61,127 nt of DNA, filler included, from 12 parts of 12 records of this genome joined end to end with filler, not necessarily neighbours in it, one strand, 5' to 3'. Counted from the first letter of the whole stretch, positions 41,445 through 53,096 are shown. The notes: generated by a model from the letters alone, not told the origin. Program-made: numbers and translations.

Positions 41445-43024
41445 TCATGCAAAGACGACATCGTGCAATTGTTGGACATCTGCGACGCCAACCAGCTCCA
41501 TCCGCTCCACTCCAGCGCCGGACAGCTCACGACTCACCTAACGGCCCCTCAACGCCGCCCCTCGTTGCAGCACACCGCAGCTAGGTTCGAACTCGGCAGC
41601 ACCAGCTTCCGACAGCCTACCCTGGCGGCCTCGCTCGCTCGCTGGACCGCACCATGCACTCCCCGGACCTGCACCAGCTGTCACACAAGCATACGACTGG
41701 CTGGACCTGCCCAGTGAGCCCTATCTCACCAAAGCAGACGGTGCCAGGGCGCATCGGGTGCTTTGCGTGGCTGGAGATCATCGCCGCCACCACACTGGCG
41801 TCGGTACCTACCTCCTCCAGCCGCCCGCCACCAGCTACTGTGGTGATGATATCATGGGAGGCCAGCGAGAGCTTGGTGTGGGCTCGCAGCACGGCCGCGA
41901 GTGTCATCACGCGTTGCATCGCCATGCCTGTCACATAGTGCCGGCGGGGCGCGTCGGGCCTCCCGCCGACCAGCAGAGCCTGCACCTCGGCCACGATTGC
42001 TCTCGATCCCATCATCGTACTGACTAGTGCCGACCCAGCGCGCGGCGTCGACGCGGCTTGCAGTATCAAGCTCGAAGGGTCGTCAACGGAACGCATCCCG
42101 GTGTCGGTGATCTCGAATATGCCAACCTCCTGGGTAGCTCCGAATCGGTTCTTTAGGCAGCGCAGCAGCCGATGCTGCGAGTTGCCCTGGTCATGATCAA
42201 AGTACAGAACTACATCGCACGCGTGCTCGAGCAGTCTGGGGCCGGCAATAGCCCCGTCCTTTGTCAGGTGCGCCATCGCAATCACCGAAGTCTGGCTCGT
42301 CTTGGCCAGTTCAAGCAGCGCCTGGCTCACTTCACGGACCCCGGACACGGAGCCAGCTGCACCGTTACTGCCAGTGATTGTCTGTGCCGAGTCGAGTACC
42401 ACCAAAGCTGGCCGGCGCTGCTCGATCATCGCCAGCAGCCCGTCCAGGCTGCTCGCAGGGGCCGCCAGCAGGTTTTGGGGAGGGCTCTGGCTCACCCTCT
42501 GTGCCCTGGCCGCCACTTGCTGCATGCTCTCCTCACCCGACGCGTAAAGCACCGCGCTCTCAGGCTGACTCGCGGCCACACCGAGCGCCGCCTGCAGTCC
42601 GAGCGTGCTCTTGCCAACCCCGGGCTCGCCCCCGATCAGCACGAAGCTTCCGGCAGCCAGCCCCCCCCCCGAGGACCCTATCGAGATCGGGCAGCCCAGT
42701 GGGCACCCTGGCGAGCCCCGCGGCAGAAGCGAACTGCATGATAGGGGCCGCCTGGTCCGGGGAGCCAGCGGGGGCTGCGGCCGACGGCTTGAGCGCCTTG
42801 AAGATGGTGTCCCAGCCGCCGCACTGCGGGCACTGGCCCTGCCAGGCCAGCAGCGTGTGCCCGCACTGTACGCAGCTGAATCCCAGCGGCTTGCGCTTAC
42901 CGCCCGCCGCCCAGCGCGCACCATGCACCCCTGGTGCGCGCTGGAGGGCCCGCCCCGGCGCCAGCCGCCATGCGTTCAGCCCAGCTGATAGGCATCCGGC
43001 CGGCATCCGACGCTGCTCTCCCAT
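41445..43024 (-). CDS. radA: DNA repair protein RadA/Sms, probably organelle-targeted; +1 frameshift in a G10 run; 2 introns
   Basis: C4 zinc finger CVQCG...WQGQCPQCGGW, TGLPDLDRVLGGG, Walker A GEPGVGKST, KNRFG signature, and Lon-like C-terminus GEIGLTGQVR. Confidence 0.93.
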
Positions 43025-43121
43025 AACGGAATTCGGTTGGCACCTCGACGGGGACACCGCGCGCAGCTGGGCGTTGAGCAGCTACGAGTGCGCTGCTGGT
43101 CGTGCTCAACCGGGTTTCTCG

Positions 43122-43180
43122 ATGGGAGGTTGCGGCTCCAGCTCGGACCACAAGGCCATGGAGGCCGACCTGGAGCGGAT
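43122..43180 (+). CDS. 5' end of a gene with an N-myristoylation/palmitoylation motif (MGGCGSS); truncated by the contig end
   Basis: MG-x-C-x-S start, head-to-head with radA. Confidence 0.4.
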
Positions 43181-43388
43181 NNNNNNNNNNNNNNNNNNNN
43201 NNNNNNNNNNNNNNNNNNNNNNNNTTAATTAATTAANNNNNNNNNNNNNNNNNNNNNNNNNNNNNNNNNNNNNNNNNNNNCTTTGACTCAGATATTGGTT
43301 GCCATTGCACCTGTTATTCAGTTTCGTGATTAGGCGTCATCTAGTATATTGAACTTGTACTTGTATATTGAACACCCATACAATACCA

Positions 43389-46300
43389 TCACTGTACGAA
43401 GCTCTCCTTATGCAATCGTAGAGGCATAACTATGCTTGACTCTTCCATCGTTGCCAACGCCTTGTCGACAGACTTGTTGAATGCAGGAGGTCCACACACA
43501 AACACGTCGATCGTGGTTTCCAGCTTCTCCTGATATGTTGTCTGTGACTCACCTACAGCTTTAGACCGGGTGCCATTACAGTCCGTGTTCTCTCCCTGCT
43601 GGATGGTACCGAACATGTCTTGGAGACTGTATATTGTCACCTCCTGCCAGTCAGGCCGACCGGCATACAGACGGATTCGTGGGTCAAACAGTATAGCTTT
43701 CAAGATGCCACGCCGGTGCAACATCCGGCACACATCCAGAAATATTGTAGAGGCGAAGTCGGACGGAAGACCCCGAGTCTGGTAAAGGTGACATGTGAAG
43801 TGCAGCCTACCCTGATCTGCGTGGACAAACAATCTTGACATCACCTCTGAGTCCAAGAGTTGAAACATGTACAGGTCATTACACAACCAATGGAATGCCA
43901 GCGTCTGGACATTGCAGCGCTTCCCTGCGGGCAGTGATCGGTCCTGGTGGTCAAGAGCATCCGCAATGTCCGCCAGTATGCTCAAGTAAGGGGTCACACC
44001 AACCCCTGCCGTGAAAATTAGCACATGCTGCTGGTATGGCAGCCGCTGCACATGCGAAAAAAATGGGCCTCTCAACCTTCCTTTGAGCAGCCCATCGCCA
44101 ACCCCCTTCTGTGCATCGGCTGCGATGTCGACCAGCGTGCTGGACCAGTCACCCTGTGCGAAAATAACAAAGCTTTGCTTTTGCTGGTGGCCAGAACTAC
44201 TCAGGGATATCGGGTGAAACTCATCCCGTAGAGACTCTACAGAATCAACTGATAGTTGAGCCCACTGCCCAGTTTGCCATCGCCTGTCGTCAGCAGCCTT
44301 CCCGCGCAGATCACACTCGCCAGTGAGCCGAGCAATTCTTGTCCCTGGTATTTTCTCAATCCGGCAGAGAAAATTCTGGCTATTTTTTTGTCCGTCACGC
44401 ACTAAGTAAAAGTCCAATGCCAGCATCAACACAGGAGCCGCCAGCCAGTAGGTAGACACAAGTGGGACGTGCACAAACACCAGTACAATCAGCAAGAGAT
44501 ATAGGTTGTGTATTCCAGCAAAGGTTTGCCACGATATGAGGGCTCTGATATGCTTGGATGAAAATATAGCAATAGTCATCAGAGCAATCAGAGCAAGCAG
44601 TCCAGATAGCCCGACCACACTTTCATACAAGTATGATGCCCCAGGTTGTATCTCCTGTGATGAATATGTTCCAAGTAAGCAATGCAAGCATCCGGGCTGC
44701 TCAATATTAGGTATAGTTGCACTGAAGTGAACTATGGAATGTGTGAGGCCACTAAGAGCTGCCATCCAGCCTGCGAATGCATGAAGCACCTTGGGAGCTT
44801 TGTGCAGCGGAATCCAAACCTGTACAGCGGTATCCTGGGCCCATGTCAGAGAGGCCAGCATCCGAGTAGTCAGGCTTCCAACCATATTGAGCATAAACAA
44901 GTTTGCGCTACCTGGCCAGTTTGAGCAATCATTGGGGTACAGAGGCTAGGCACGCACCTTTAGCCAAGCCACTAGCGAGGTATCCGGTACACTTCTTTCT
45001 CAGCGTACTTGTGGTTCCAGCCCAAAACGTTAGCCCAAACACCAGTGCATTCATTGCGAAGATCACAACATACAAACTGTAGTGCCAGTTCCGTCTCAAA
45101 TTCCGCTCCCAGCAGTAGCTGTGCTCATATCGCTCCGAGCCAGTCCCTGGAAGCCTCCAGTGGCTCGGAGCCTCCAGTGGCTGAAACTTGTCCACTGCAG
45201 GCTTCAGATGCTGGAGCTGCAACACAGCGCTTAGCCCAATCAACGTACTGGGCTAGCCAGCTACCTGCATCTGAAAACGGTTGAGGAACAGTGCCCTGCC
45301 GTCGTGGGTACAGAGCAGTGCTGCACTGTCAGTGACAGCCTGGGAGAGCTGCTTCTCACAGCAGCCCTCCAGATATAGTGCGCACTGTGCCCGTAGCGGA
45401 CAGTTGAGAATCACTCTAGACAGCTGGTGCATGATCAAAAGTGAGTCATTCATCCCAAACGCAAGATCCATCAGTCCCATGGTCGAAGCCCGCGTCGGAG
45501 TGAGTATCTGTGTGCCCTCCCGACTACACGGGGAGTCGCAGATCACATCCACCAGTAATTCTTTCGCATCCGGTGTGCCGGGTGAGATGTCCAGCGATGT
45601 GTCGGCTGAAATGTCATGCCGAGTCTCCATTGGTTGCAACGCCGCATTTGTATCATCAGGACTGACCTCCCCAATGTCCTGGAAGGCTATATTGAATACC
45701 ACGTGCCCCGTGCTGTCTCGCACTGGGAAAACATACAGTGCGTTGTCCACCGGCTTGCCTGCTTTCGTATAATTGATCAGCCGGACAAACACAGGCCGCT
45801 TCTCACGGATCGCATCTGAGAGCTCCAGCACTTTACATCGGTTTGTCATGGCGCCTTGCAGAAATCTGCAGTTCCTGCCCAGCACTTCGCCCTCTGTAAA
45901 GCCCAGCCGGTCCAGGAACGTCTGACTAACGAACACCAACTCGCTATCCGGCAACATTGGATCCGAAATCGAAAAGCAGAGCTGCCGCTCGCCGATGCCG
46001 GGCGATGCAGAGTCACGCTGCTCCTGCACCCGAGCCAGCAGCCCGTGCGCCAGCTCAATCAGCTCGCTGAGCGCCTGTTGCCGGTCGGACTGGGCCACAA
46101 AACCAGAGTGCACCATGTCTTGCCAGAAGAGGCCCGCGGTACTCAGCAGCGAGACGTCGGGTCGCCCCAGCTCCTCAGATGGAGTGGACGCATGGCCGGC
46201 GGTCGAGGTCAGCACCGAGTCCAGCCGCCGCAGCACCGAGTCCAGCCGCACCTCGTGCTGCGATGCCCGCCGAGGTCGCTTCGGCGATCCCCCGCGCACC

Positions 46301-46574
46301 GGTCCATGCGGCTGTGGACTGTGTGGCGGAGAAGACTCGGTGGCCGCAGTCCAGCCGCCGCAGTCCGAGTCCGCCGCCGGCAATGCGTCCACTCCCTCTG
46401 CTGGCATAGCGGGTGATCGACCAGGGGCTTCATGCATGGCCACTGGTTGCGATGTAGAGCCATGCGCGAGCGGGTTGAGCTCACTGGCGATGACTGGGAT
46501 CCCAACAGACTGGACAGACGCCAGTCCAAGCCCCGTCCTGCCCTCCCCAACAAATGAAGGGCCATTCACCGGGC
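43389..46574 (-). CDS. LOV-domain / NADPH oxidase (RBOH/NOX-type) fusion protein; introns 45217-45264 and 44912-44957; 5' truncated
   Basis: LOV domain ~45680-45980 (SDP.LPD..LVFVS..F..., GRNCRFLQG, LINYTKAG, N..., Q). Ferric reductase TM domain with four heme His. FAD motifs HPISLSS, GDWS, GPF. NADPH motifs AGVGVTP, FHW, GRPDW, VFVCGP, HKESF. Confidence 0.88.
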
Positions 46575-46674
46575 NNNNNNNNNNNNNNNNNNNNNNNNNN
46601 NNNNNNNNNNNNNNNNNNTTAATTAATTAANNNNNNNNNNNNNNNNNNNNNNNNNNNNNNNNNNNNNNNNNNNN

Positions 46675-47951
46675 GTACGCGGGGACTTAATCGAGCTGCG
46701 CCACACGGATAAGCGCTGCCCTGCTGATATCCGGCTGGTGTCCATCATTGCGGAGCCGTTCACGGTGAGCCACTCGGATATAACCGACGAGTACTACCAC
46801 GACTGCTCAGAGGCGGCCACCTACAAAGACCCGATCGACGCTAAAAACATCGTGCTCGCCTCGGCGATCGTGCTCAATGGCGTGGCGCGCGGGCTGGTGT
46901 TCAACACAGGCGAACAGACGGTGCCGGATGCATAGCGACGGGCGATAGTCTGGGCAGATGATCTCGCGGATCATGGCCGTAGGCAAGAGCTTCCGGATGA
47001 AGAGGACCGACCGGTTCCGCGAACTGACGCCGTACGGTACAATGTCTACAATGAAGAAAGACAGAGAGACCCGGCAGAGCTGCTGCAACAACGGATTGTA
47101 TCGCGCGTGCCAGGTAGCTTGGCCGCAGCCGCCGCAGTGAGATTGGCTGAGCTGAGTTCAGATCGGCGATATGAAGATGGCGAGTGTGTGGCTGACCAGA
47201 GGCGGCTGCCCGAACTCAAATAAGACCGACGCCCAGATGAGAACTCCACTGCACGCAGCAGTGATTGGCTCGACGGCGCAGCATACTGCATGTGTCCGCC
47301 TGTTGCTGGCCAAGCACGCCGATCCACTCAGTCAGGACGAGAGCGGTGCCCCTGCCCAGTTGTGTGGGTGCTAGCTTGGATTGGGCAGGCAAGTGTGTGC
47401 TTGACTGGACTGTGCGGTCAAGCTTGACCTCACAGCTACTCGAGCCACTCCGTACCAAGTACCTTGCCCACAAGTCCGAGCCCTCCTCCCCGAGCAATAC
47501 AGTATCTTCGCCGCGAGGGCGCTCCCACAGCAGCAGCAGTCCGGACTCTGTCGAGTCAGTTGAAAACGGAGAGGCGGTCAGAATGAGGTGAGAGCAGCCG
47601 ATGAAGGCTGCTGACTCGGGCCAGGGCACGGATGGCGCTCATTGCGAACTCGTACAAGAAGAACGGTGGGGTGGTGTCGAATGCTTCCGCAATCACTCGG
47701 GCGAAGCTCAACAGAGAGCTCGATGAGTTGCAAGCAGAGGGGTGAGTGGGCTGGTAGGGGCCGGACAGAGGTGTGGCAGGGAGACACTGGCCCAGCTCAA
47801 GGGGAAGAGGTCGCAGCAAGCGCCACGTGAGGTGACCGTCCCAAAGGGCAGAAGCTCCACTAGGACTGCTTCTGCCATGGGTAGGGGCGGGAGGGCAACA
47901 TCGGTGTTTTCTATTAGTCAAGCTGAGCCAAAGTATGTCCGAGAGGACTAG
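46675..47951 (+). CDS. P-type ATPase actuator-like domain followed by ankyrin repeats and a low-complexity tail; multi-exon, 5' truncated
   Basis: VRGDLIEL...PADIRLV...NIVLASAIVLNGVARGLVFNTGEQT; then LYRAC...GGCPN...TPLHAAV...CVRLLLAKHADP. Confidence 0.6.
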
Positions 47952-47971
47952 TTAGTACTTAAATAGTGCGC

Positions 47972-48037
47972 ATTACAAACTTGTGACTAACTTACTTATA
48001 GTGCGCGGCGCAATAATTACAAACTTGTGACTAACTT
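47972..48037. repeat. 22-bp direct repeat ATTACAAACTTGTGACTAACTT (47972-47993 and 48016-48037) in an AT-rich convergent intergenic region
   Basis: Exact duplication visible in the sequence. Confidence 0.85.
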
Positions 48038-48189
48038 GTGACATTTTAACTTACCATCAAATGGATCACAATTGAACCAACAGTTCACTAAAGCAGTTAG
48101 CTACATGTAACACTGATTATATTGTAGCATGAGTGTACAGCTGCAGCTTGAAATCATGGTTCGATCCAAGATGCGATCGTCAGCAATCT

Positions 48190-49540
48190 AGGCCAGGTAA
48201 ACTCATCGCTTCTTCTTGTTTTTCTTCCCGCCTCGGCTCCGCTTCTTCTTGCCGCCCCCTTCCCCTGTTGCACTGGCTTCCGCAGTCCCATTGTGAAACC
48301 CATTTGCAACTGGCTCCGCGCTTATGCCACCGTCAGCAGTCCTGCAGACCAGTCAACCCCGTGCACAGCCATGGCGTACTGCGCTGAGCTATCTAGCGGG
48401 TCCTCGCCCATCTCCTCGCTGGCCACAGGGTCAGCAGCAAGCAAGTGGCTCAATTAGACCGCTTCATCGCTTCAAGCATCTCTTCAAACGTCATGTCGCC
48501 GAACTCGTCTTCGAGCACCTGCGCCCAGTCAGTCCCGTCGGGTGGCCACCGGCCCGCCTGGTCGAAAGTCTCTTGATCATCAGCAGCCGCTTTCTGCTCA
48601 GCCTTTGCCACCTGCCCGCAACTCGGCATCGCTCGTGACAGCAGCCCACCGCGTCCTTGGCAGCCTGGGTGGCGTCGGCTTGTCGCTGTTTTAATATCTG
48701 CCCCACGTGATCGAGCAACCTCCCTGCAACGGCTCCTGACCTGGAGAGCCCGGGTGCGCGACTGTGCATCGCGGTTGCTCGCATTAGCCACGCTCTGGAT
48801 AACACTCTGACTAGCCGCCACAGCCGCCGGCGAAGGGCTCTGTGCGCATTCACTCAGCCAAGATTCTCTTGCTGGCCGTGCCTGGACTTTGGGCGGCGGA
48901 TGGAAATTGGCTGTGGACCACTCTGGGTCATTCCAGAGCAGTTTGGCCGCCTCTTTGAGAGGGGGCAATCCGCCCTTGTCTACATGCAGCTGCGCAACGG
49001 CACAGTAGACTTAACCACCCAGCTCGGCACGGCCCACCGCACCTGATCTACGTATTTGAAGATAGAATTGGAGAGCGGAGTGGCCACACGCTTATATCGC
49101 TGATAGATGGTTTCCTGGACCGCCAGCTGGTCGGGCACCAGTGCGGCAGCCAGGCCGGGCGCACCGTGCGTTTCCCCTTGGTCACTTTGTTGAGTGTCTC
49201 GATGAACAGATCGTACAGGTCCCTGGTGCCTGCAGATGGCATGTGAGCGCCGTCCAGCCGGGGCGCTGGACCTTTCTTGCCATTCTCCGTGGCGATGGTA
49301 TACACCAGGCTGCCAGACCTGTCAGGGCACTGGGACGGCCGGCCCGCACCTATGCCCTGTGGACATCTCTGAGATCTCCGGCCGCTGGCCGCCGGCCCAC
49401 TGCGCCGGGCCAGCTCAATCCAGCCTGGCCAGAGCGGCAGCTGGCACCTTCTCCACGTTGGCGTCCAGGAACGCAATCAGCTTGATCCAGGACTCGCTCT
49501 CTTCTGGCGCACTCTCGTTGTCCATCTCGGTGCTGGCCAT
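48190..49540 (-). CDS. Protein with a single cullin-N-terminal-like module (CACUL1-like) and a coiled-coil tail; multi-exon, 3' end approximate
   Basis: Spliced: WIKLIAFLDANVEK|WAGGQRPEISEMSTGHS|LVYTIAT...|TRDLYDLF...|...SIFKYVDQ|LHVDKGGLPPLKEAAKLLW. Confidence 0.6.
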
Positions 49541-49827
49541 TGGCGGACACGTGTGGCTAGCTGTGGGCACGCATGGGGCGCACGAGAACGTTATCCGTCA
49601 GTTCCGTTGATGCGGCAGCTTTTGCAGATGGTAGATAGAGTGGCGCGATCTTCTATCTTCTCTAGAGACTCCATAGTATGCATAAATGTATCAAAATGCG
49701 TACAGGCTATGGGTATATTTATTTCAANNNNNNNNNNNNNNNNNNNNNNNNNNNNNNNNNNNNNNNNNNNNTTAATTAATTAANNNNNNNNNNNNNNNNN
49801 NNNNNNNNNNNNNNNNNNNNNNNNNNN

Positions 49828-51525
49828 CGGGGAGACGTTTGGCGGCGATCCTGCGCCTGGGCACCTGAAGCACTGTCTATGTGTTGAGCTGCAGCAAGGT
49901 GTGACACCCAAGCCCGGCAGCTGAGCCAGATGGCAGGTGTCAAGGAGAAGGTTAAGGCTGCTGAGCGGGCGGTGGCGCGTGAGGACCTGCTACAGGCCAT
50001 CTATGGCTACACCGCCGCGGTGCTCAATGGAGAGGTAGCGCGGCTTGTTGACACCTAGTGACGGGTGGGGGAAGGAATTGTACACGGATCAGCTGCAGAC
50101 GCAGCTGCATTTGTTCGCGACCACACTGGACGCGCTAGAGAAGATGGGGGAGCGCCAATGGGAAGAGGCCATCAACAAGTTGCACGCCATGCCAAGTAGA
50201 GAGTGGCATACACAGATGCGGTTTGCAGAGGTGCTGCAAATTAAATGCTCATCATGACAGATGTGCTGCGCAGCTACGTTGTAATGTTGGATTGCAGACG
50301 CACTCAAAGGTATACTCTGGGGCCGCACAGGTTGCTAAAATCTTTGATGTGGTGCTTAGCTGTCTGTTGGCAGCTACTGCAGCACCATGTGTCTGCCTCT
50401 GGATCATGGGGCAAGGACGAGCCCCGCACATTGGTGGCGCTTGCAGGTGGCTGCAGTCTAGAATCGGTTTGTGCAACTAGGGCAGGTGGGTTTGCTGCTC
50501 TCCAGCTAGGGAATGTAGATAAGGCCCTCAAGCTATACCAACACGTCCTGCGACATGATGCAGATCAGCCCCAAGCAACCCAGCCCTCCCAGCGACTGCT
50601 CACCTGCATTGCAGGTGAAGTTCGCTTACAAAGCCGTCAAGAGCTACAAAAAGCTGATGACACAGGTGCTCACAAGATGATCGATTGGTTCGCTCAGTAC
50701 ACGGCAGGTGGATGAGAGCCTGCACCTCTCTTTCAACCACAGAGCGATCACACAACTGGACGAAGTAGGAGCCCACCTGCGAGGCTTGGGGCTCGGTGCT
50801 CGGAGCACTGCTTTAATTAGCATTGACGTCTTGTGGCCTGAAGGTGATACCGCTGGGGTGCATTCCGAAATCAAGGTCAAGCAGTGCAATGCTCTGGTGA
50901 GGCGCATTGCTGCTACATCTGGATAATTGGTTGCTTACTGCAGTCTCTCATCACTCAACATGATGATGCCATTGATGCCTGCACCGAGGTAGCTGCCTGG
51001 CACGACAGGTTGAGATTGACTCTGTGGCCAGGCGCTTGAGATGATTGCAAGTTCTGGTAAGACCGGAGCTTTAGTGGATCCTGCGCGGCTCTCACGCGCG
51101 TATCGAACCCGAGCTCGTGCACACGTGAAGGACAATGACTTCCAGGAGGCAATTGACGATTTCAGGCTAGCTGCAGGTAGCTGGCAACGCATTGCGTCCT
51201 TGGGGTGATCGCTGCTTGTGTAGAGAATGCTGGTGAATCAGTGCGTGGGGAGATTGAAGGGGAGCTCAACCAGGCAACACATCAAAAGAGCCAATGGGAC
51301 AAGAACCGAGATCACAAGATTGTGCTAGAGTTGCCTTCCAACATCAATGAGCTGGACCATCCCGCACGATGCATGTGGCTGAAGAAGATGTACAAAAAGA
51401 TGGCAATGAAGTGGCATCCTGACAAAGCTCGTGGCTCCAAGAAGCGGGCGGAACGTAAGATGCGAGAATGCAGTGAGGCCAAAGAGGTGCTTGTTGAGCG
51501 GTGGAGATGTAAAGGGATTAGATAG
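49828..51525 (+). CDS. TPR + C-terminal J-domain co-chaperone (DNAJC3/P58IPK-like); multi-exon, 5' truncated
   Basis: TPR helices; J-domain LKKMYKKMAMKWHPDK...MRECSEAKEVL. Confidence 0.8.
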
Positions 51526-51779
51526 ATCACCAAAAGACATCTGCTTTTTGGCTACTTTTGACTTTATTTTGACTTTTGAATAGACTTATCTAGAATAGAC
51601 TAAGTTAGTAAGTTAGACATCAAGGTACTGTACAACCGGCAACCGGGATGCAACAATAGATATAGAAGCGCCCGAAGCTTCAGCAAGCCATTGCTGGAGA
51701 TCGGTCCGTTCATGAATATTCGTACTTGACAGACAGTATGAAATTTGCATAACGGCCTATTGCCGACGTACTGACATCA

Positions 51780-53096
51780 ATGGCCCGCGCACTCTGTGCA
51801 GCCGCGCTGGTGGCGCTGCTGGCTGTGGTGCTCCAGAGCCATCTTCTCTCTGACAGCGCCATATCTAGCCAGAGCTCGAGAGAGTGGGGCTACCGGGAGG
51901 CGTCTACGGCGGTGGTGCCGTTCGTGGTGGCCGACCGAGGAGAAATGACAGTCGTCCGGGCGAAGCTGGCGGGGCTCCGGAGCGGCCACTTCTTGAACGG
52001 CACAGGGTGGCGGTCTGGCGCAGAGATGGGTGTGGTTGGACGAGTATTACGCTATTGGGCGGACGAATACGACTGGACAGCCGAGGTTCGAAGGCTGAAT
52101 AGCCTGCCACAGTACAGCACAGTGATCCAGGGGCTGCGACTACGGTTCTATCACTCTGTGAACCAGACTGACAAGCCAGCGATCCTGCTGCTGCATGGCT
52201 GGCCCGGCTCTACGGTGGAATTCATCGACTTGATGCATCGGCTGGCTGGCAAGTTCTCGATGGTCGCTCCCTCGCTGCCTGGGTTTGGTTGGTCCGATGC
52301 CTCCGAGGTGGAGGGCCTCGGGCCGGTCGAGATTGCAGGTGTGATGGCCAATCTGATGGAAAGGCTCGCATACAAACGCTACTTCTGCCAAGGTGGTGAT
52401 TGGGGCGCTCTGATATGCCAAGCTTTGGCACGACTGGTGCCCGGCCGAATCCAAGGCCTCCATTTGAATATGTTCCCAGTCGCTGGAGTGCGAGCAGTGC
52501 TGGGCACTTTGCCGCTGCTGCTACAGGGTCCTGCTGAAGAAAGATCGAAGATGTTTCCAATTAGCAAGTTCTTAAGCAGGCTCGTAGATGGCTCAGGCTA
52601 CTTCCACGTCCAAGCCACTACCCCTGCTCTTGTGGGGATCGCCGGTGATGATTCTCCGGCTGCACTCGCAGCGTGGATTATTGAAAAGTTTGCACGCTGG
52701 TGCCATTGCAACCAAGTGGGCTCTGATCCTGCTGAGCACTGCGACCCCACGACAGTGATCTCCATGCCAGTCCTGGTGACCAACCTCATGATCTATTGGG
52801 TGCCGAGGGCCTCAGGCTCGGCAGCGCACTTGTACCAGGAAGCAGCGAATAGTGCTGATTTCCTAGCAATCATGCTAGATGCGGTCAGGGTGCCGGTGGG
52901 ACTGGCCGAATTCCCTGGCGAGATACTACCTCCTCCCAAGCAATGGGTCCACTGGAAATACCTTGACATTGTGTCGCATACCAAGTTTGAAAGAGGTGGA
53001 CATTTCGCGGCTTTGGAACGGCCTGAGGAGCTAGCTGCTGATCTGACTGCCTTCATCGGGCGTGTTTTGAAGCGCGACGACAAGCTACTCGATTAA
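51780..53096 (+). CDS. EPHX1: Microsomal-type epoxide hydrolase (alpha/beta hydrolase); intronless
   Basis: N-terminal anchor, YWADEYDW, LLHGWPGS, PSLPGFGWS, nucleophile QGGDWG, catalytic GGHFAALE. Confidence 0.92.
   Translation: MARALCAAALVALLAVVLQSHLLSDSAISSQSSREWGYREASTAVVPFVVADRGEMTVVRAKLAGLRSGHFLNGTGWRSGAEMGVVGRVLRYWADEYDWTAEVRRLNSLPQYSTVIQGLRLRFYHSVNQTDKPAILLLHGWPGSTVEFIDLMHRLAGKFSMVAPSLPGFGWSDASEVEGLGPVEIAGVMANLMERLAYKRYFCQGGDWGALICQALARLVPGRIQGLHLNMFPVAGVRAVLGTLPLLLQGPAEERSKMFPISKFLSRLVDGSGYFHVQATTPALVGIAGDDSPAALAAWIIEKFARWCHCNQVGSDPAEHCDPTTVISMPVLVTNLMIYWVPRASGSAAHLYQEAANSADFLAIMLDAVRVPVGLAEFPGEILPPPKQWVHWKYLDIVSHTKFERGGHFAALERPEELAADLTAFIGRVLKRDDKLLD

Noticed and set aside
41445-43024. 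radA as bacterial contamination or recent horizontal transfer
   Set aside because: It has host-type short introns and a targeting-like N-terminal extension; organellar RadA/Sms is known in eukaryotes.
45152-45182. 14-bp repeat with 17-nt period (AGCCTCCAGTGGCT x2) inside the LOV-NOX middle exon as a sign of misassembly
   Set aside because: The frame is open and both flanking intron phases fit the sequence as given, so it does not break the model. It is still worth a read check.
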